This document shows, piece by piece, positions 10,675-20,516 of a stretch of DNA of 64,000 bases (positions are counted from its first letter, which is position 1; each line of letters starts with the position of its first letter). A program made the translations under genes and the position numbers. Location of the stretch: sequence record SRR22947725_3004. One strand, given 5' to 3'. The notes under the pieces were generated by a model. It worked only from the letters and a program-made list of their open reading frames with translations. It was not told the origin of the DNA and did no database searches.

Positions 10675-11037
10675 ATGCCAAAACGCTATGAAATGGCTCA
10701 GATGGATAACTTAGACCCCGTGGGTTGTCCATGTGGGTTTGCCAGGAGAGCCTTTGCTTCAGCTGAAAATAACACTGCCACGCTGCACATTGTGGATATT
10801 CAATCTGATTCCAAAACTCATTATCATAAAAAACTGACCGAGATATATCTGGTGCTGGAGGGGCAAGGGGAGATCGAGCTGGATGGAGAACGTTTCCCTG
10901 TTCGCCCCATGTCTGCCATCATGATCAAGCCTGGCTGCCGACATCGAGCAATTGGTAAGATGAAAATCATGAATGTGCCGATACCCGCTTTTGATCCTGA
11001 AGATGAATGGTTCGATGAAGAAAATGAAACGCACTAA
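10675..11037 (+). CDS. Cupin-domain protein
   Basis: HYHKKLTEIY and PG.RH.A cupin motifs; N-terminal CPCG. Confidence 0.85.
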   Translation: MPKRYEMAQMDNLDPVGCPCGFARRAFASAENNTATLHIVDIQSDSKTHYHKKLTEIYLVLEGQGEIELDGERFPVRPMSAIMIKPGCRHRAIGKMKIMNVPIPAFDPEDEWFDEENETH

Positions 11038-11770
11038 AGCAACCCGAAGGGCAGCCGCCTGGATTTTTCAAATCGCTTTCTTTTCATACTTTTGCTTTCA
11101 GGGCGGAAGTGCCATCGCGGAAGAAAAAGTAAGTGGTCGCAAGGATCGTATTGTGGGAGCGTGGACCTGGACCTCAAAGCAGAGTGAAGGGGAGCTGTTC
11201 ACGAGTGTCATGGACATCAGCCTTGAGGAGACAGGATCTTTCATGGGGGGGATTCGGAATCCTGAAGGAGAGCGTATTCCGTTTGAATCAGTGAACATGA
11301 AGGGTGATCAAATTCAGGTGGTAGTCGATCATGAAATCATGGGGCAGGCCTTCAATGCTTCCTACGGTGGCAAGGTGACAGGAAGCAACATAGAGGGTGA
11401 AGTTGTCATCCGGTTTCAGGATCGAATATTACGGCGTGACTGGAAAGCCAGGCGTTTGCTGGAATTTCCGCTGACTGGCGAGTGGGACTGGAAGCTATCC
11501 ACACCGGATGGAAACGAGCTCAAAGCCACACTGATCATTCACCAGGATGCCGAGGGGGTGAGTGGGCGACTGGAATCTGAGCAGTTTAACATGCCCTTGC
11601 GGGATATTTCATTCAAAGCGGGCCAATTAAAATTTGTCACACAGCGCGAAGAAAATAGTGGTACTTTTTATTCCAGCGGGAAGTGGCACGGCAATCTGTT
11701 GAGCGGACAGGTAAGCTCTCCTTCTATTGGTGAGGGGCTCAAGTTGCCCTGGGAAGCCAGAAAGCGGTGA
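11024..11770 (+). CDS. Exported protein with two tandem ~100-aa beta-rich repeats
   Basis: Signal peptide ending in AIA; repeats G.W.W...W.ARR and G.W.W...WEARKR. Confidence 0.75.
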   Translation: MKRTKATRRAAAWIFQIAFFSYFCFQGGSAIAEEKVSGRKDRIVGAWTWTSKQSEGELFTSVMDISLEETGSFMGGIRNPEGERIPFESVNMKGDQIQVVVDHEIMGQAFNASYGGKVTGSNIEGEVVIRFQDRILRRDWKARRLLEFPLTGEWDWKLSTPDGNELKATLIIHQDAEGVSGRLESEQFNMPLRDISFKAGQLKFVTQREENSGTFYSSGKWHGNLLSGQVSSPSIGEGLKLPWEARKR

Positions 11771-11789
11771 TGGCAAGGGTTTGAAAGGC

Positions 11790-13724
11790 TCAGTAGACAG
11801 GTTCCCCGAATTCACAATTATAGATGGCTCCACAACACGTGCATTCAGCATCCTTGATGTCCAGATCGGATGTCCAGCGATAAGATGATTTACAATTTGG
11901 GCAAGTCACCTTGTATCCCTTGGTTGCCCGGCAATTTTTCAAGGCCTTTGGTGGAATGGAAGTGAGGTCATCATCAACGAGCAAGACCAGATCGTCTTGT
12001 TCAGGTATGTCAATGGTAGCCAGCCGGTTTGCCTGTGCATTGACGGCATGCTCGAAACAATTTCGAACCAGCCGTGCATTGCCAAAGTGTTCTCCCTTTT
12101 CTTCACAATGAATGTAGAAATGGTGTAAGAGCTGAAGTTTTAGCTTTGGTGCAATGCGAAGGTCATTGCGTCGGCAAAGGAGGCTGAAAATCCTGCAAAG
12201 CTCAAGAGGATCATAATCAGGGAATTCAATGAAACGGGTGAAACGGCTGTGAAGCCCCGGATTCGAGTGTACAAAATCCTCCATTTCCTCCGGGTATCCT
12301 GCAACAATTACGATCAATCTGTCTCGTTCATCTTCCATTCGTTTCAGCAGGGTATCAATGGCCTCACGACCGAAATCCTGATCCTGCTTGGCGAGTGAGT
12401 AGGCTTCGTCGATAAACAGGATACCATCGAGTGCAGCATCCACCATGCGATTGGTTTTGATCGCGGTTTGTCCCACATACTCTGCGACGAGAGAAGAGCG
12501 ATCGCATTCGACCAGATGTCCTTTTTTTAAGACACCCAAGGCCTTGTAGATCCTTGCCATGAGTCGGGCCACAGTGGTTTTCCCTGTCCCTGGGTTCCCG
12601 GTGTAAACGGCATGGTAACTGGTTGGGATTGCTCTCAGGCCTTTGGCCAGACGCATCTGCTGCATTTTCGCGAAGTTAGCCGTTTGCCTTACTTTTTCTT
12701 TGACCTCTCCAATGCCAATTAATTCGTCAAGTTCGCTCAGCACTTCTGTCAGATCCTCCACAGAACCTTTGTTCTGTTTGGATGCACGATCGTCATGCTC
12801 TGAGCAAACTGTGTCGATCTGCTTGAGCAAGTAGCTGATGAATCGATGTTCCTGCGATGAAAGTGAGCCATCAACATGTGAAAAGGAGTGACAAACTTCC
12901 TGCGTCAGGTGTGCCAGAAAAAGCAAGACAGGGGGCTGCAGTTCCAGTTTCTTCAAAATCCCTGCCATATCGATAAAGAATTTATCCAGGCCAATTTTGA
13001 TGTTATCGGCAACGACTTCATGCAGTTTTGAAAACCGTTCCTGAGAATCTTCGATGTATTCCGAGATGGCATCCTGCAATCGCATGCCTTTTTTCTTTCC
13101 CTGTCCTTTACTCAATGCCGAAAATCGGTCGCGATGAGGGGCGAAAAAATACCCCTGAAAGGACTGAATCATATCTTCCGGACGATTGTTATAGAGGCAA
13201 GCCGTCCAGAATTGAGCCGTCGCATCGGCCACTAATCCAAATTCTTCACGTGGAAAAAACACTCCCCAGGCGCCTCCAACAATTTTGCGAAACAGATCCG
13301 AAAGGCCATGCAGGAGGTCGTCTGTTCCACTGGGTGTTTTTTCATACGAAAGTTCCGGTGGAATCAGAACTTCCATGTATTCCCAAAGCAATCGAGAGGA
13401 AAAGAGAGTGCGCGCCAGTTGTTTTACTGAAATTTCCTCTGCATTGGTGACTAGAGCAATCTCCGGAATTTTTTGCTCAAGCTTTGCAAAGGTGCTGAGA
13501 AAGCGGTTTTCTATTTGCTTCAACCGATTGGATTGGTCCTCGTTGATAATTTTGTTATCAGTCATCCAATGGATGAGTTCATCCATAGACATCTGATTAA
13601 ACGCGGTTAATTCGGCATGGTCGTACGGTTGGTTCCTGCGGGATTTAGGTGTGCCTGATATTGATATCAGCACGGAGCCTGGAACCAGAGTGTGGTTGGA
13701 AAAATCTTTAACCAAATTTTTCAT
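11790..13724 (-). CDS. SpoVK/CbbX-type AAA+ ATPase with C-terminal Zn ribbon
   Basis: GNPGTGKT, LVAEYVGQTA.KT, ILFIDEAYSL, NPGL.SRF, FGNAR.VRN; C-terminal CPNC..CTCC. Start uncertain. Confidence 0.9.
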   Translation of the reverse strand: MKNLVKDFSNHTLVPGSVLISISGTPKSRRNQPYDHAELTAFNQMSMDELIHWMTDNKIINEDQSNRLKQIENRFLSTFAKLEQKIPEIALVTNAEEISVKQLARTLFSSRLLWEYMEVLIPPELSYEKTPSGTDDLLHGLSDLFRKIVGGAWGVFFPREEFGLVADATAQFWTACLYNNRPEDMIQSFQGYFFAPHRDRFSALSKGQGKKKGMRLQDAISEYIEDSQERFSKLHEVVADNIKIGLDKFFIDMAGILKKLELQPPVLLFLAHLTQEVCHSFSHVDGSLSSQEHRFISYLLKQIDTVCSEHDDRASKQNKGSVEDLTEVLSELDELIGIGEVKEKVRQTANFAKMQQMRLAKGLRAIPTSYHAVYTGNPGTGKTTVARLMARIYKALGVLKKGHLVECDRSSLVAEYVGQTAIKTNRMVDAALDGILFIDEAYSLAKQDQDFGREAIDTLLKRMEDERDRLIVIVAGYPEEMEDFVHSNPGLHSRFTRFIEFPDYDPLELCRIFSLLCRRNDLRIAPKLKLQLLHHFYIHCEEKGEHFGNARLVRNCFEHAVNAQANRLATIDIPEQDDLVLLVDDDLTSIPPKALKNCRATKGYKVTCPNCKSSYRWTSDLDIKDAECTCCGAIYNCEFGEPVY

Positions 13725-13851
13725 GAAAAAATGACATGAAAAGATTAATTCAAAACGACCGTTGGGTGCCAGTTGAATATGATAAAAAGAAAGCGACGCA
13801 ATGACTTGCGTCGCTTTCCTGGATGTAAAAACAGGTGGAGTCTGGCTGACT

Positions 13852-15255
13852 TCAAGCGTTTTCTGCTTCGCGGTATTCGCGATCTCTGACAATGCCTGGT
13901 TGCGGGATTGGATAGCTACCATCAGCAAGTTTGCTCAAGGGCGCATCCGATTCGAGTGTCAGTTTATCGACATCTGGCGCAAATTCATGATCACTGTTGT
14001 AGATTTGATCATAAGTAATTTCCTGGCCAGTGTGAGCGGCCATGCGACCCATGGATGAAACCAGACTGGCAGTCGCACCTCGCTCGACTTCATTGTAAGG
14101 CTTGTCATTGCGGATAGCGTCCAGCAAGTCATCCCATTCTAGTTGATATGGATTTTTTTCAGGTTGAGGGTAGCTCCAGATCATGTTGCGTCGGGATAGG
14201 TTCTGACCGTTGAACGTGCGGCAACGTCCCGGGGAATGTGACGAGGTGGAGACGATCCCCAGCCCCTTGGTTCCATGAGCGTAACTTGCGAAATTATCAT
14301 GACAACCCAGCATGGTACGACCATTGAGTTGGAACTTCGATCCGTCTTCAAAGGTATACTCCACTGCATAGCTATCAAAGTTCTGGTCAATGGCATCCTC
14401 TGCACGGTAATGGCGTCCACCCAGGGCATGGGCCTTGATAGGCCAGGCGTTCTTCATCCAGCAACACTCGTCGACCTGGTGAATATAAAAGTCATTGTAG
14501 AGCCCCCCACTTGCCCAGAGAAAACTGTGAAAACGTTGGATTTGATACATTAACTCACTGACATTCCCTGGGTTGGGTCCGGAAAACGCAGATCCAACGG
14601 GACCATGCATACGGTAAGCCCGCATATTGAGAATATCTCCAATTTCACCATTTTGAATGCGGTCAAAGAGTTCCTGGCGCGCGCGACAGTGGCGTACCAT
14701 GAGCCCGACACCCACCTTGATGTTTTTTTCCGACGCCTTTTTGGCCAGTTCAATCATGCGTCGTGTGGTTGGCCCATCTGCTGTCAGCGGTTTTTCCATG
14801 AAAACGTTGACTCCCTTTTCAATGGCATACTTGAAATGAACCCAACGGAATGCAAGTGGGGTGGTGAAAATAGCAACATCCCCTTTGTTCAGGGAATCGA
14901 TGGCGTGCTTGTAACCATCAAAGCCAATGAATTTGCGGTCGGGAGGTACTTCCACCTGGTCCTTGAATCTTTTGTTCAAGGTGTTGAAACTTCCATCCAG
15001 GCGATATTGGAATACATCTGCCATCGCTACCATTTTGGTTGGGCCATTGGAGACCGAAAGGGCATTTGCTGCCGCCCCGGTGCCCCTTCCTCCACAACCA
15101 ATGAGTGCCACCTGGACGGTGTCGCTTCCCTGAGCGTGCACATTGGGAAGAGCGACTCCAGCCAAGGCTCCCGCCGCAGTGACTTTGCCGGTATTCTTGA
15201 TAAATTCGCGGCGCGATGACTCTTTAGCGCCCGAAGGATTTGATGATGCTTTCAT
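13852..15255 (-). CDS. Tat-exported Gfo/Idh/MocA oxidoreductase
   Basis: SRREFIK Tat motif; IGCGGRG; EKP. Confidence 0.92.
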   Translation of the reverse strand: MKASSNPSGAKESSRREFIKNTGKVTAAGALAGVALPNVHAQGSDTVQVALIGCGGRGTGAAANALSVSNGPTKMVAMADVFQYRLDGSFNTLNKRFKDQVEVPPDRKFIGFDGYKHAIDSLNKGDVAIFTTPLAFRWVHFKYAIEKGVNVFMEKPLTADGPTTRRMIELAKKASEKNIKVGVGLMVRHCRARQELFDRIQNGEIGDILNMRAYRMHGPVGSAFSGPNPGNVSELMYQIQRFHSFLWASGGLYNDFYIHQVDECCWMKNAWPIKAHALGGRHYRAEDAIDQNFDSYAVEYTFEDGSKFQLNGRTMLGCHDNFASYAHGTKGLGIVSTSSHSPGRCRTFNGQNLSRRNMIWSYPQPEKNPYQLEWDDLLDAIRNDKPYNEVERGATASLVSSMGRMAAHTGQEITYDQIYNSDHEFAPDVDKLTLESDAPLSKLADGSYPIPQPGIVRDREYREAENA

Positions 15256-15362
15256 TGTTTTTATATTTTTGACTCTGAAAATAATTCGCCTATGGGATCT
15301 GACGCAATTATCTGGCCAAACATTCATGCTTGGCAAGGGATTTGTTGCTACCACATTTTCAT

Positions 15363-15391
15363 TTGCCCATGAATCGAGGTCATTCTATGAT
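15363..15391 (+). promoter_or_regulatory. Candidate sigma70 promoter (leaderless) for the MFS gene
   Basis: TTGCCC-N17-TATGAT, then 8 nt to the ATG at 15400. Confidence 0.55.
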
Positions 15392-15399
15392 CTTTCTCC

Positions 15400-17097
15400 A
15401 TGATCCCCAAGATTCTGCTCAAGGAGTCCATCGTCGCACCTCCTGGATTCAACAGGTGGCGTGTACCCCCTGCCTCCATAGCCATTCATCTGTGTATCGG
15501 TTCAGTTTATGCATGGAGCATATTCAATCCTGCACTCATACGGGAGCTCGGTGTTGTAGGCGCCTCGGCCAGTGACTGGTCCCTGAGTTCGGTGGTTTGG
15601 ATATTTTCAGTGGCAATCGTTTTTCTGGGACTGGCTGCTGCTGTGGCAGGCAAGTGGCTGGAACGTGTCGGACCGAGATGTGTGGGGGTGACAGCGGCGA
15701 TTCTCTGGGGTGGAGGTTTCCTGATAGGCAGTGCTGGAGTGGCATTTCATCAGCTTTGGCTTATTTACCTTGGCTACGGTATGCTGGGGGGATGTGGCCT
15801 GGGGCTGGGTTATGTTTCCCCAGTAAGTACTTTGATTCGATGGTTTCCTGATCGCAGAGGGCTTGCTACCGGCCTTGCTATCATGGGGTTTGGTGGAGGG
15901 GCGATGATTGGTGCTCCTGTGAAAGAAGCCCTTCTGAAGACCTTTTTCAAGGCCCCGGATTATGTAGGGGCCGCGGCTGATTTATCCATGAAAACAGAGC
16001 AAGGCAAACGTTTTGTTCAGATGGATGGTGATTGGAAAGAGGCAGTGGTGGCGACTCAGGCAGATATTGCAAAATTACCTGTCACCAATCTTCAGGAAGG
16101 CGTTTACCTTGTGGGCACCGGCAACACAGGTGCCGCTGGAACATTCCTGACTCTGGGCCTTGTCTATTTTGCAGTCATGATGGTAGCGGCCTTCTCTTAT
16201 CGCGTTCCTGAGGAAGGATGGCGCCCGCGTGGATGGTCTCCGCCCTCTGGCGATGATGCCAATAAGGGTATGATTACCAGTGGCAATGTGGATATGGATC
16301 AGGCGCTGAAAACTCCCCAGTTTTATTTCATGTGGGTGGTGTTGTGTTTCAATGTGACCGCAGGTATTGGTGTCATTGGAGTGGCCAAGACAATGATGAA
16401 TGAAATTTTCGGCACCACTCTTCCCTCCGTTGTCAATGGGGCGTTTGCAGCTACTTATGTAACCATGATCTCGGTTTTCAATATGCTGGGAAGAATCATC
16501 TGGGCGAGTGCATCCGATTACATTGGGCGTAAGAATACTTACCACTGTTTCTTCGTTTTCGGGACATTGCTTTACTTGTCGATTCCCTGGACAGCTGGTC
16601 AGGTTAGCGCCGACCCCACGGTGACATGGCTGGTTATGTTCTATGCCGCTACGATGATTATCTTCACCATGTATGGAGGTGGATTTGCCACTATTCCGGC
16701 TTATCTGGCTGATATTTTTGGAATGCGGTTTGTAGGGGCCATTCATGGTCGTTTGCTTACTGCATGGAGCACCGCCGGGGTTCTAGGCCCTTTGGCAATC
16801 ACGTATCTTCGTCAGGCATCTGTTGAAGATTCCATTCGTTCACTAGCGACCAAAGTTGAGGATACGGCATTTATTCAGGCTTTCGGGGCAGGGAAAGACC
16901 AGATCGAATCCCTCATGGCAGCCAACACGGTATCGGTTTCCAAACTCATGGAAATTGTACCAGAGGGAACCATTGACCCTACACCGGGGCTCTACAATAC
17001 AACAATGTATGCCATGGCAGCCCTGCTCGTGATTGCCTTTTTTGCCAATCTGGCGATCAAGCCCGTTGCCAGCCACCATCAGATCAAAGAAGACTGA
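15400..17097 (+). CDS. OFA/MCT-like MFS transporter
   Basis: IGSVYAWS, WFPDRRGLATGLAIMGFGGG, YGGGFATIPAYLAD.FG; about 12 TM segments with two soluble insertions. Confidence 0.92.
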   Translation: MIPKILLKESIVAPPGFNRWRVPPASIAIHLCIGSVYAWSIFNPALIRELGVVGASASDWSLSSVVWIFSVAIVFLGLAAAVAGKWLERVGPRCVGVTAAILWGGGFLIGSAGVAFHQLWLIYLGYGMLGGCGLGLGYVSPVSTLIRWFPDRRGLATGLAIMGFGGGAMIGAPVKEALLKTFFKAPDYVGAAADLSMKTEQGKRFVQMDGDWKEAVVATQADIAKLPVTNLQEGVYLVGTGNTGAAGTFLTLGLVYFAVMMVAAFSYRVPEEGWRPRGWSPPSGDDANKGMITSGNVDMDQALKTPQFYFMWVVLCFNVTAGIGVIGVAKTMMNEIFGTTLPSVVNGAFAATYVTMISVFNMLGRIIWASASDYIGRKNTYHCFFVFGTLLYLSIPWTAGQVSADPTVTWLVMFYAATMIIFTMYGGGFATIPAYLADIFGMRFVGAIHGRLLTAWSTAGVLGPLAITYLRQASVEDSIRSLATKVEDTAFIQAFGAGKDQIESLMAANTVSVSKLMEIVPEGTIDPTPGLYNTTMYAMAALLVIAFFANLAIKPVASHHQIKED

Positions 17098-17177
17098 TTC
17101 CCTTTCATACCCCGAAAAATCCACTCGACGATATACAAATCCTGTGATTTGATTTTCACAATTATTCCCATTGACCT

Positions 17178-18518
17178 ATGAAGATGCAAAACCTTACACG
17201 CTGTGCGTGTTTAGTCACCGCCCTGTTACTAGCAAGTTCAGGAGCACTCAATGCTCAGACATCCAAAACTGCCCGCCCAGGTGGTAAGATCCCGCGAAAT
17301 CTGGAAGTTCAACTGGAAAAAGTTGCGGGTGGATTTACCGACCCTGTCAATGTTGTCAGCCCTCGGGATGGTTCCGGTCGATTGTTCGTTGTTGAACGCC
17401 CCGGTATTGTCAAGATCGTCAAGGACGGTGAAGTCATGCGACGCCCTTTTCTGGATATTAAGGAAACCGTTGTCAGTTCTTTTCTTGAGCAAGGTCTATA
17501 CGACATGGAATTCCATCCGGACTTCAAGACCAACGGCCTCTTCTACGTGCATTATTCGGACATGTGGTTCAATGGCGACTCTTTCATCGTTGAATACAAG
17601 GCTTCTTCGGATAACCCGGACCGCGCTGATCTGGATTCGGTGCGCGTTGTAATGCAGATCGAACAACCCTACTCCAATCACAATGGCGGTGAATTGGTGT
17701 TTGGACCCGATGGCTACCTTTACATAGGTAGTGGTGACGGCGGTTGGGAAGGCGACGTTCTGGGAGCTGGACAGGACCTCAGCACCCTTCTGGCAAAAGT
17801 GCTGCGCATTGATGTGAATACACGAACAACGGAAAAAGGATATGGTATTCCCCAAGACAATCCGTTTGTCACTCCTTTGCAGCAAATGGTACTTTTTGGT
17901 GTATCCGAAGAACGGTTTGCAGAAATTCACCCTAACGCCCAACCTGAAATCTGGGCTTACGGTGTTCGCAATCCTGTCAAAATGCAATTCGACAACAAAA
18001 CGGGTGATCTTTACATCGCCGACGTCGGGCAAAATCACTGGGAAGAAATTAATTTTCAGGCTGGAAGCAGCAAAGGTGGAGAGAATTATGGTTGGAAATT
18101 CATGTGCGGAACCCATCCATTCCCAATTTCCGCAAAGAACGCACCTCAAGTGGGAGAAATGCCCATTGGTGAATACTCGCACGTGACCGATGGCATTTGT
18201 GTGATTGGCCTAGGTGTCTATCGTGGAAGCAAATACCCTTCAATGGATGGTGTTTATTTCGTTTCAGACTGGGGATCTGGTAAAATTTGGGCCATGGAGC
18301 GCGATGAGAATGGACAATGGCAGATGCAGGAAATGCTTGATACTCAGGTGCGTCCCACTGGCGCAGGTGAAGACGAGGATGGGACTATCTACATGACATC
18401 CGCCACCTCCAACTATGGCGGACCTGTGGACCCTTATGACAACGAGCCGGGTGCACTTTGGCGATTGGTTGAAAAATCCAAAGTCAAGGAAGGTGCTGAG
18501 ACAGTGCCTTTGGACTAA
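17178..18518 (+). CDS. PQQ-dependent sugar dehydrogenase (glucose/sorbosone dehydrogenase family)
   Basis: Signal peptide; FHPDF, NHNGG.L.FGPDG.LY..GDGG, YG.RNP, DVGQ..WEEIN, NYGW. Confidence 0.9.
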   Translation: MKMQNLTRCACLVTALLLASSGALNAQTSKTARPGGKIPRNLEVQLEKVAGGFTDPVNVVSPRDGSGRLFVVERPGIVKIVKDGEVMRRPFLDIKETVVSSFLEQGLYDMEFHPDFKTNGLFYVHYSDMWFNGDSFIVEYKASSDNPDRADLDSVRVVMQIEQPYSNHNGGELVFGPDGYLYIGSGDGGWEGDVLGAGQDLSTLLAKVLRIDVNTRTTEKGYGIPQDNPFVTPLQQMVLFGVSEERFAEIHPNAQPEIWAYGVRNPVKMQFDNKTGDLYIADVGQNHWEEINFQAGSSKGGENYGWKFMCGTHPFPISAKNAPQVGEMPIGEYSHVTDGICVIGLGVYRGSKYPSMDGVYFVSDWGSGKIWAMERDENGQWQMQEMLDTQVRPTGAGEDEDGTIYMTSATSNYGGPVDPYDNEPGALWRLVEKSKVKEGAETVPLD

Positions 18519-18565
18519 TCCTTCTGAGGTGATTTACAGTTAAGCATGTTAATGATACTGCATCC

Positions 18566-19168
18566 ATGAATCAAATTTTGCGAAAGCTCGTTTCTCAAAG
18601 TCTGTGCGGAGTATTGCTGTTTTGTCTGGCATTCATCACAACTCAAAGCGTCAATCTTTGTGCGGACGAAGCCGCCCACAAGGACCATCCGTTATCGGGG
18701 CGTAAAACTCCATCACCAGGACCTGATGATGTTGATAAGTTCATACGAGTTGACAGAATTGCAAAGACGGTATTCATTCCGCTGGCCGCGACCTTCAACG
18801 ACGCAAATCACGGCATGAATTTCAATGGGCATTACAAGGGACGCGCTATTTACTCAATTCCAAAAGGATGGAAAGTCACCATTCATTTCAAGAACATGAG
18901 CCCCGTTCCTCACAGTGCTGTGGTGGTAGAGCAAGTCATGGCTCGAAAACTTCAAGTTGGAGAACCTTACTTTGACGGCGCTTCTACGACCGACCCCTTG
19001 AAAGGATTAAAGAAGGACGAGGAATTCACGTTTGTGGTGGATGATATTGGGAAGTTTGCGATTGCCTGCGGATTCCCTGCCCACTCGGCCAGTGGTCACT
19101 GGATTGCCTTGAATGTTACCAAAGAAGGAGAAACTCCAAGCCTTAAATTGCCTGCCAGCCCCCTGTAA
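18566..19168 (+). CDS. Sulfocyanin-like cupredoxin
   Basis: Signal peptide; NFNG, P.GW.V...F.N....PHS, C-x4-H-x4-H copper loop. Confidence 0.8.
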   Translation: MNQILRKLVSQSLCGVLLFCLAFITTQSVNLCADEAAHKDHPLSGRKTPSPGPDDVDKFIRVDRIAKTVFIPLAATFNDANHGMNFNGHYKGRAIYSIPKGWKVTIHFKNMSPVPHSAVVVEQVMARKLQVGEPYFDGASTTDPLKGLKKDEEFTFVVDDIGKFAIACGFPAHSASGHWIALNVTKEGETPSLKLPASPL

Positions 19169-19278
19169 AAGGAAGGCTTCTACCCGGCTATTTGCGCAGA
19201 TTCAATGACCTGAGGGCTCCATGATGACTTTTTGGGGCCTTTGGGTCGCCTCCTTTTTTAGAGCGCTTGGTAGTTTGC

Positions 19279-20121
19279 TCAGTCTGTTTTCCTAACCGTG
19301 GTTCGATCTGCCAACCAGATAACATCTGGGTTATTCGGTGAGGCAACGTTCAAGGCCAGAGTATTGGCATTTTCTGCTGGTGGCATTGTGCGAGGATCTC
19401 TCCATTTTTTTGTTTCAGCATGGCCATCTGCAAAGGAGATGCCTGCTGCTCCGTTGTGGTAACTTGCGGGAAAGTCGATCATCCGCGCAGAGCCCGGGTT
19501 TGAGACCATCTGATTTGCGTAACCCCCGGCATTGATGCTATCCGGATGTTCATCCAGCAGAACATACAGGTTGGAGGGGCCAGGATGACTGAAATCACTG
19601 GATTTGGTAAAGATTTTGTAGGTTTTCTGGTTTGCTTGGAATCCACTGCCGGGTGGTAACCATCCCCCCGGTCCACCCATAGCCTGACTCATACCCATGC
19701 TGCGTATTCTCGAATATCTCTTGCCGCCGATCCTTACGAAACTTCTATCGGCGGGACAGAGATAAATTTTTGCAGTGGGTAGATAGGGCGCGAATTTCGC
19801 GCGCTTGGGGTCCAGCAGGTCCTGGATGTTTGTATTGTCTCGATTAGAGGGATTGAAATCTAACCATCCTCCCACCCAGGCTCCTGCCTCGGTTCCGCTG
19901 TTGCCGGGTTTCGTCAGGTAATCACCGTTGTCATCCGGATACATCAGGTGAGCAAGCTGGAGTTGTTTAAGATTGTTAAGGCACGAGATTCCCTGCGCCT
20001 TTGTTTTGGCTTTTGAGAGAGCTGGCAATAGCATGCCTGCGAGAATCGCTATGATGGCAATCACAACGAGCAATTCAATCAATGTGAACCCTGTCGTATG
20101 TTGTTTCTTAGCGTGCTTCAT
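19279..20121 (-). CDS. Prepilin-type N-terminal cleavage/methylation protein with H-X9-DG motif
   Basis: [43 protein letters not shown]. Confidence 0.93.
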   Translation of the reverse strand: MKHAKKQHTTGFTLIELLVVIAIIAILAGMLLPALSKAKTKAQGISCLNNLKQLQLAHLMYPDDNGDYLTKPGNSGTEAGAWVGGWLDFNPSNRDNTNIQDLLDPKRAKFAPYLPTAKIYLCPADRSFVRIGGKRYSRIRSMGMSQAMGGPGGWLPPGSGFQANQKTYKIFTKSSDFSHPGPSNLYVLLDEHPDSINAGGYANQMVSNPGSARMIDFPASYHNGAAGISFADGHAETKKWRDPRTMPPAENANTLALNVASPNNPDVIWLADRTTVRKTD

Positions 20122-20461
20122 CCTTCATTAATGGATAGGAGCAGCCTCATTGTCAATTTGGAATCCTTTTTTCAGAGCTGGAATTTTCTTCTGGTCGATT
20201 GGTATTCAATGCGTGGGATTACTGGCTCCATAGAATCAGAGCCTGCCAAAAATGGGGCATTTTGATTGATGGGGTTCAAGTTCAAATCAGAACGATGCGT
20301 CAGGCATTTTCCAATCTCCGTTATGCTCTGCCCGCTGGAATCTCTTTGTTTTTCCTGCAGTGATGTCCTTGAAAGAGGATGAAGCCCTGCATTTCCGGTC
20401 ATAATCAGAGCATGCGATCCCACTTCATATCAATCGCAGTCATTGAAACCCTCTCAAACAT

Positions 20462-20487
20462 AAAAAAAGGCCCTGCGCGCAGGGCCT
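20462..20487 (-). terminator. Rho-independent terminator of the SurA/PpiD-like gene
   Basis: AGGCCCTGC-GC-GCAGGGCCT stem with an A7 run on its left (U-tract on the minus strand), 30 nt after the stop. Confidence 0.8.
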
Positions 20488-20516
20488 GTTGGATTAAAAT
20501 GAAAATGTCTGGTGGA

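Noticed and set aside
13725-13928. Apparent overlap of the AAA ATPase ORF with the oxidoreductase gene
   Set aside because: Artefact of the longest-ORF start; a downstream ATG removes the overlap.
14605-15219. Long antisense or alternative-frame ORFs (also 16075-16746, 17496-18182, 23682-24488, 33855-34499, 48500-49126, 62164-62721)
   Set aside because: They lie wholly within well-supported genes and have no motifs; shadow ORFs.
19167-19258. Long GU-rich hairpin between convergent genes
   Set aside because: Adequately explained as a terminator-like structure; too irregular to call.
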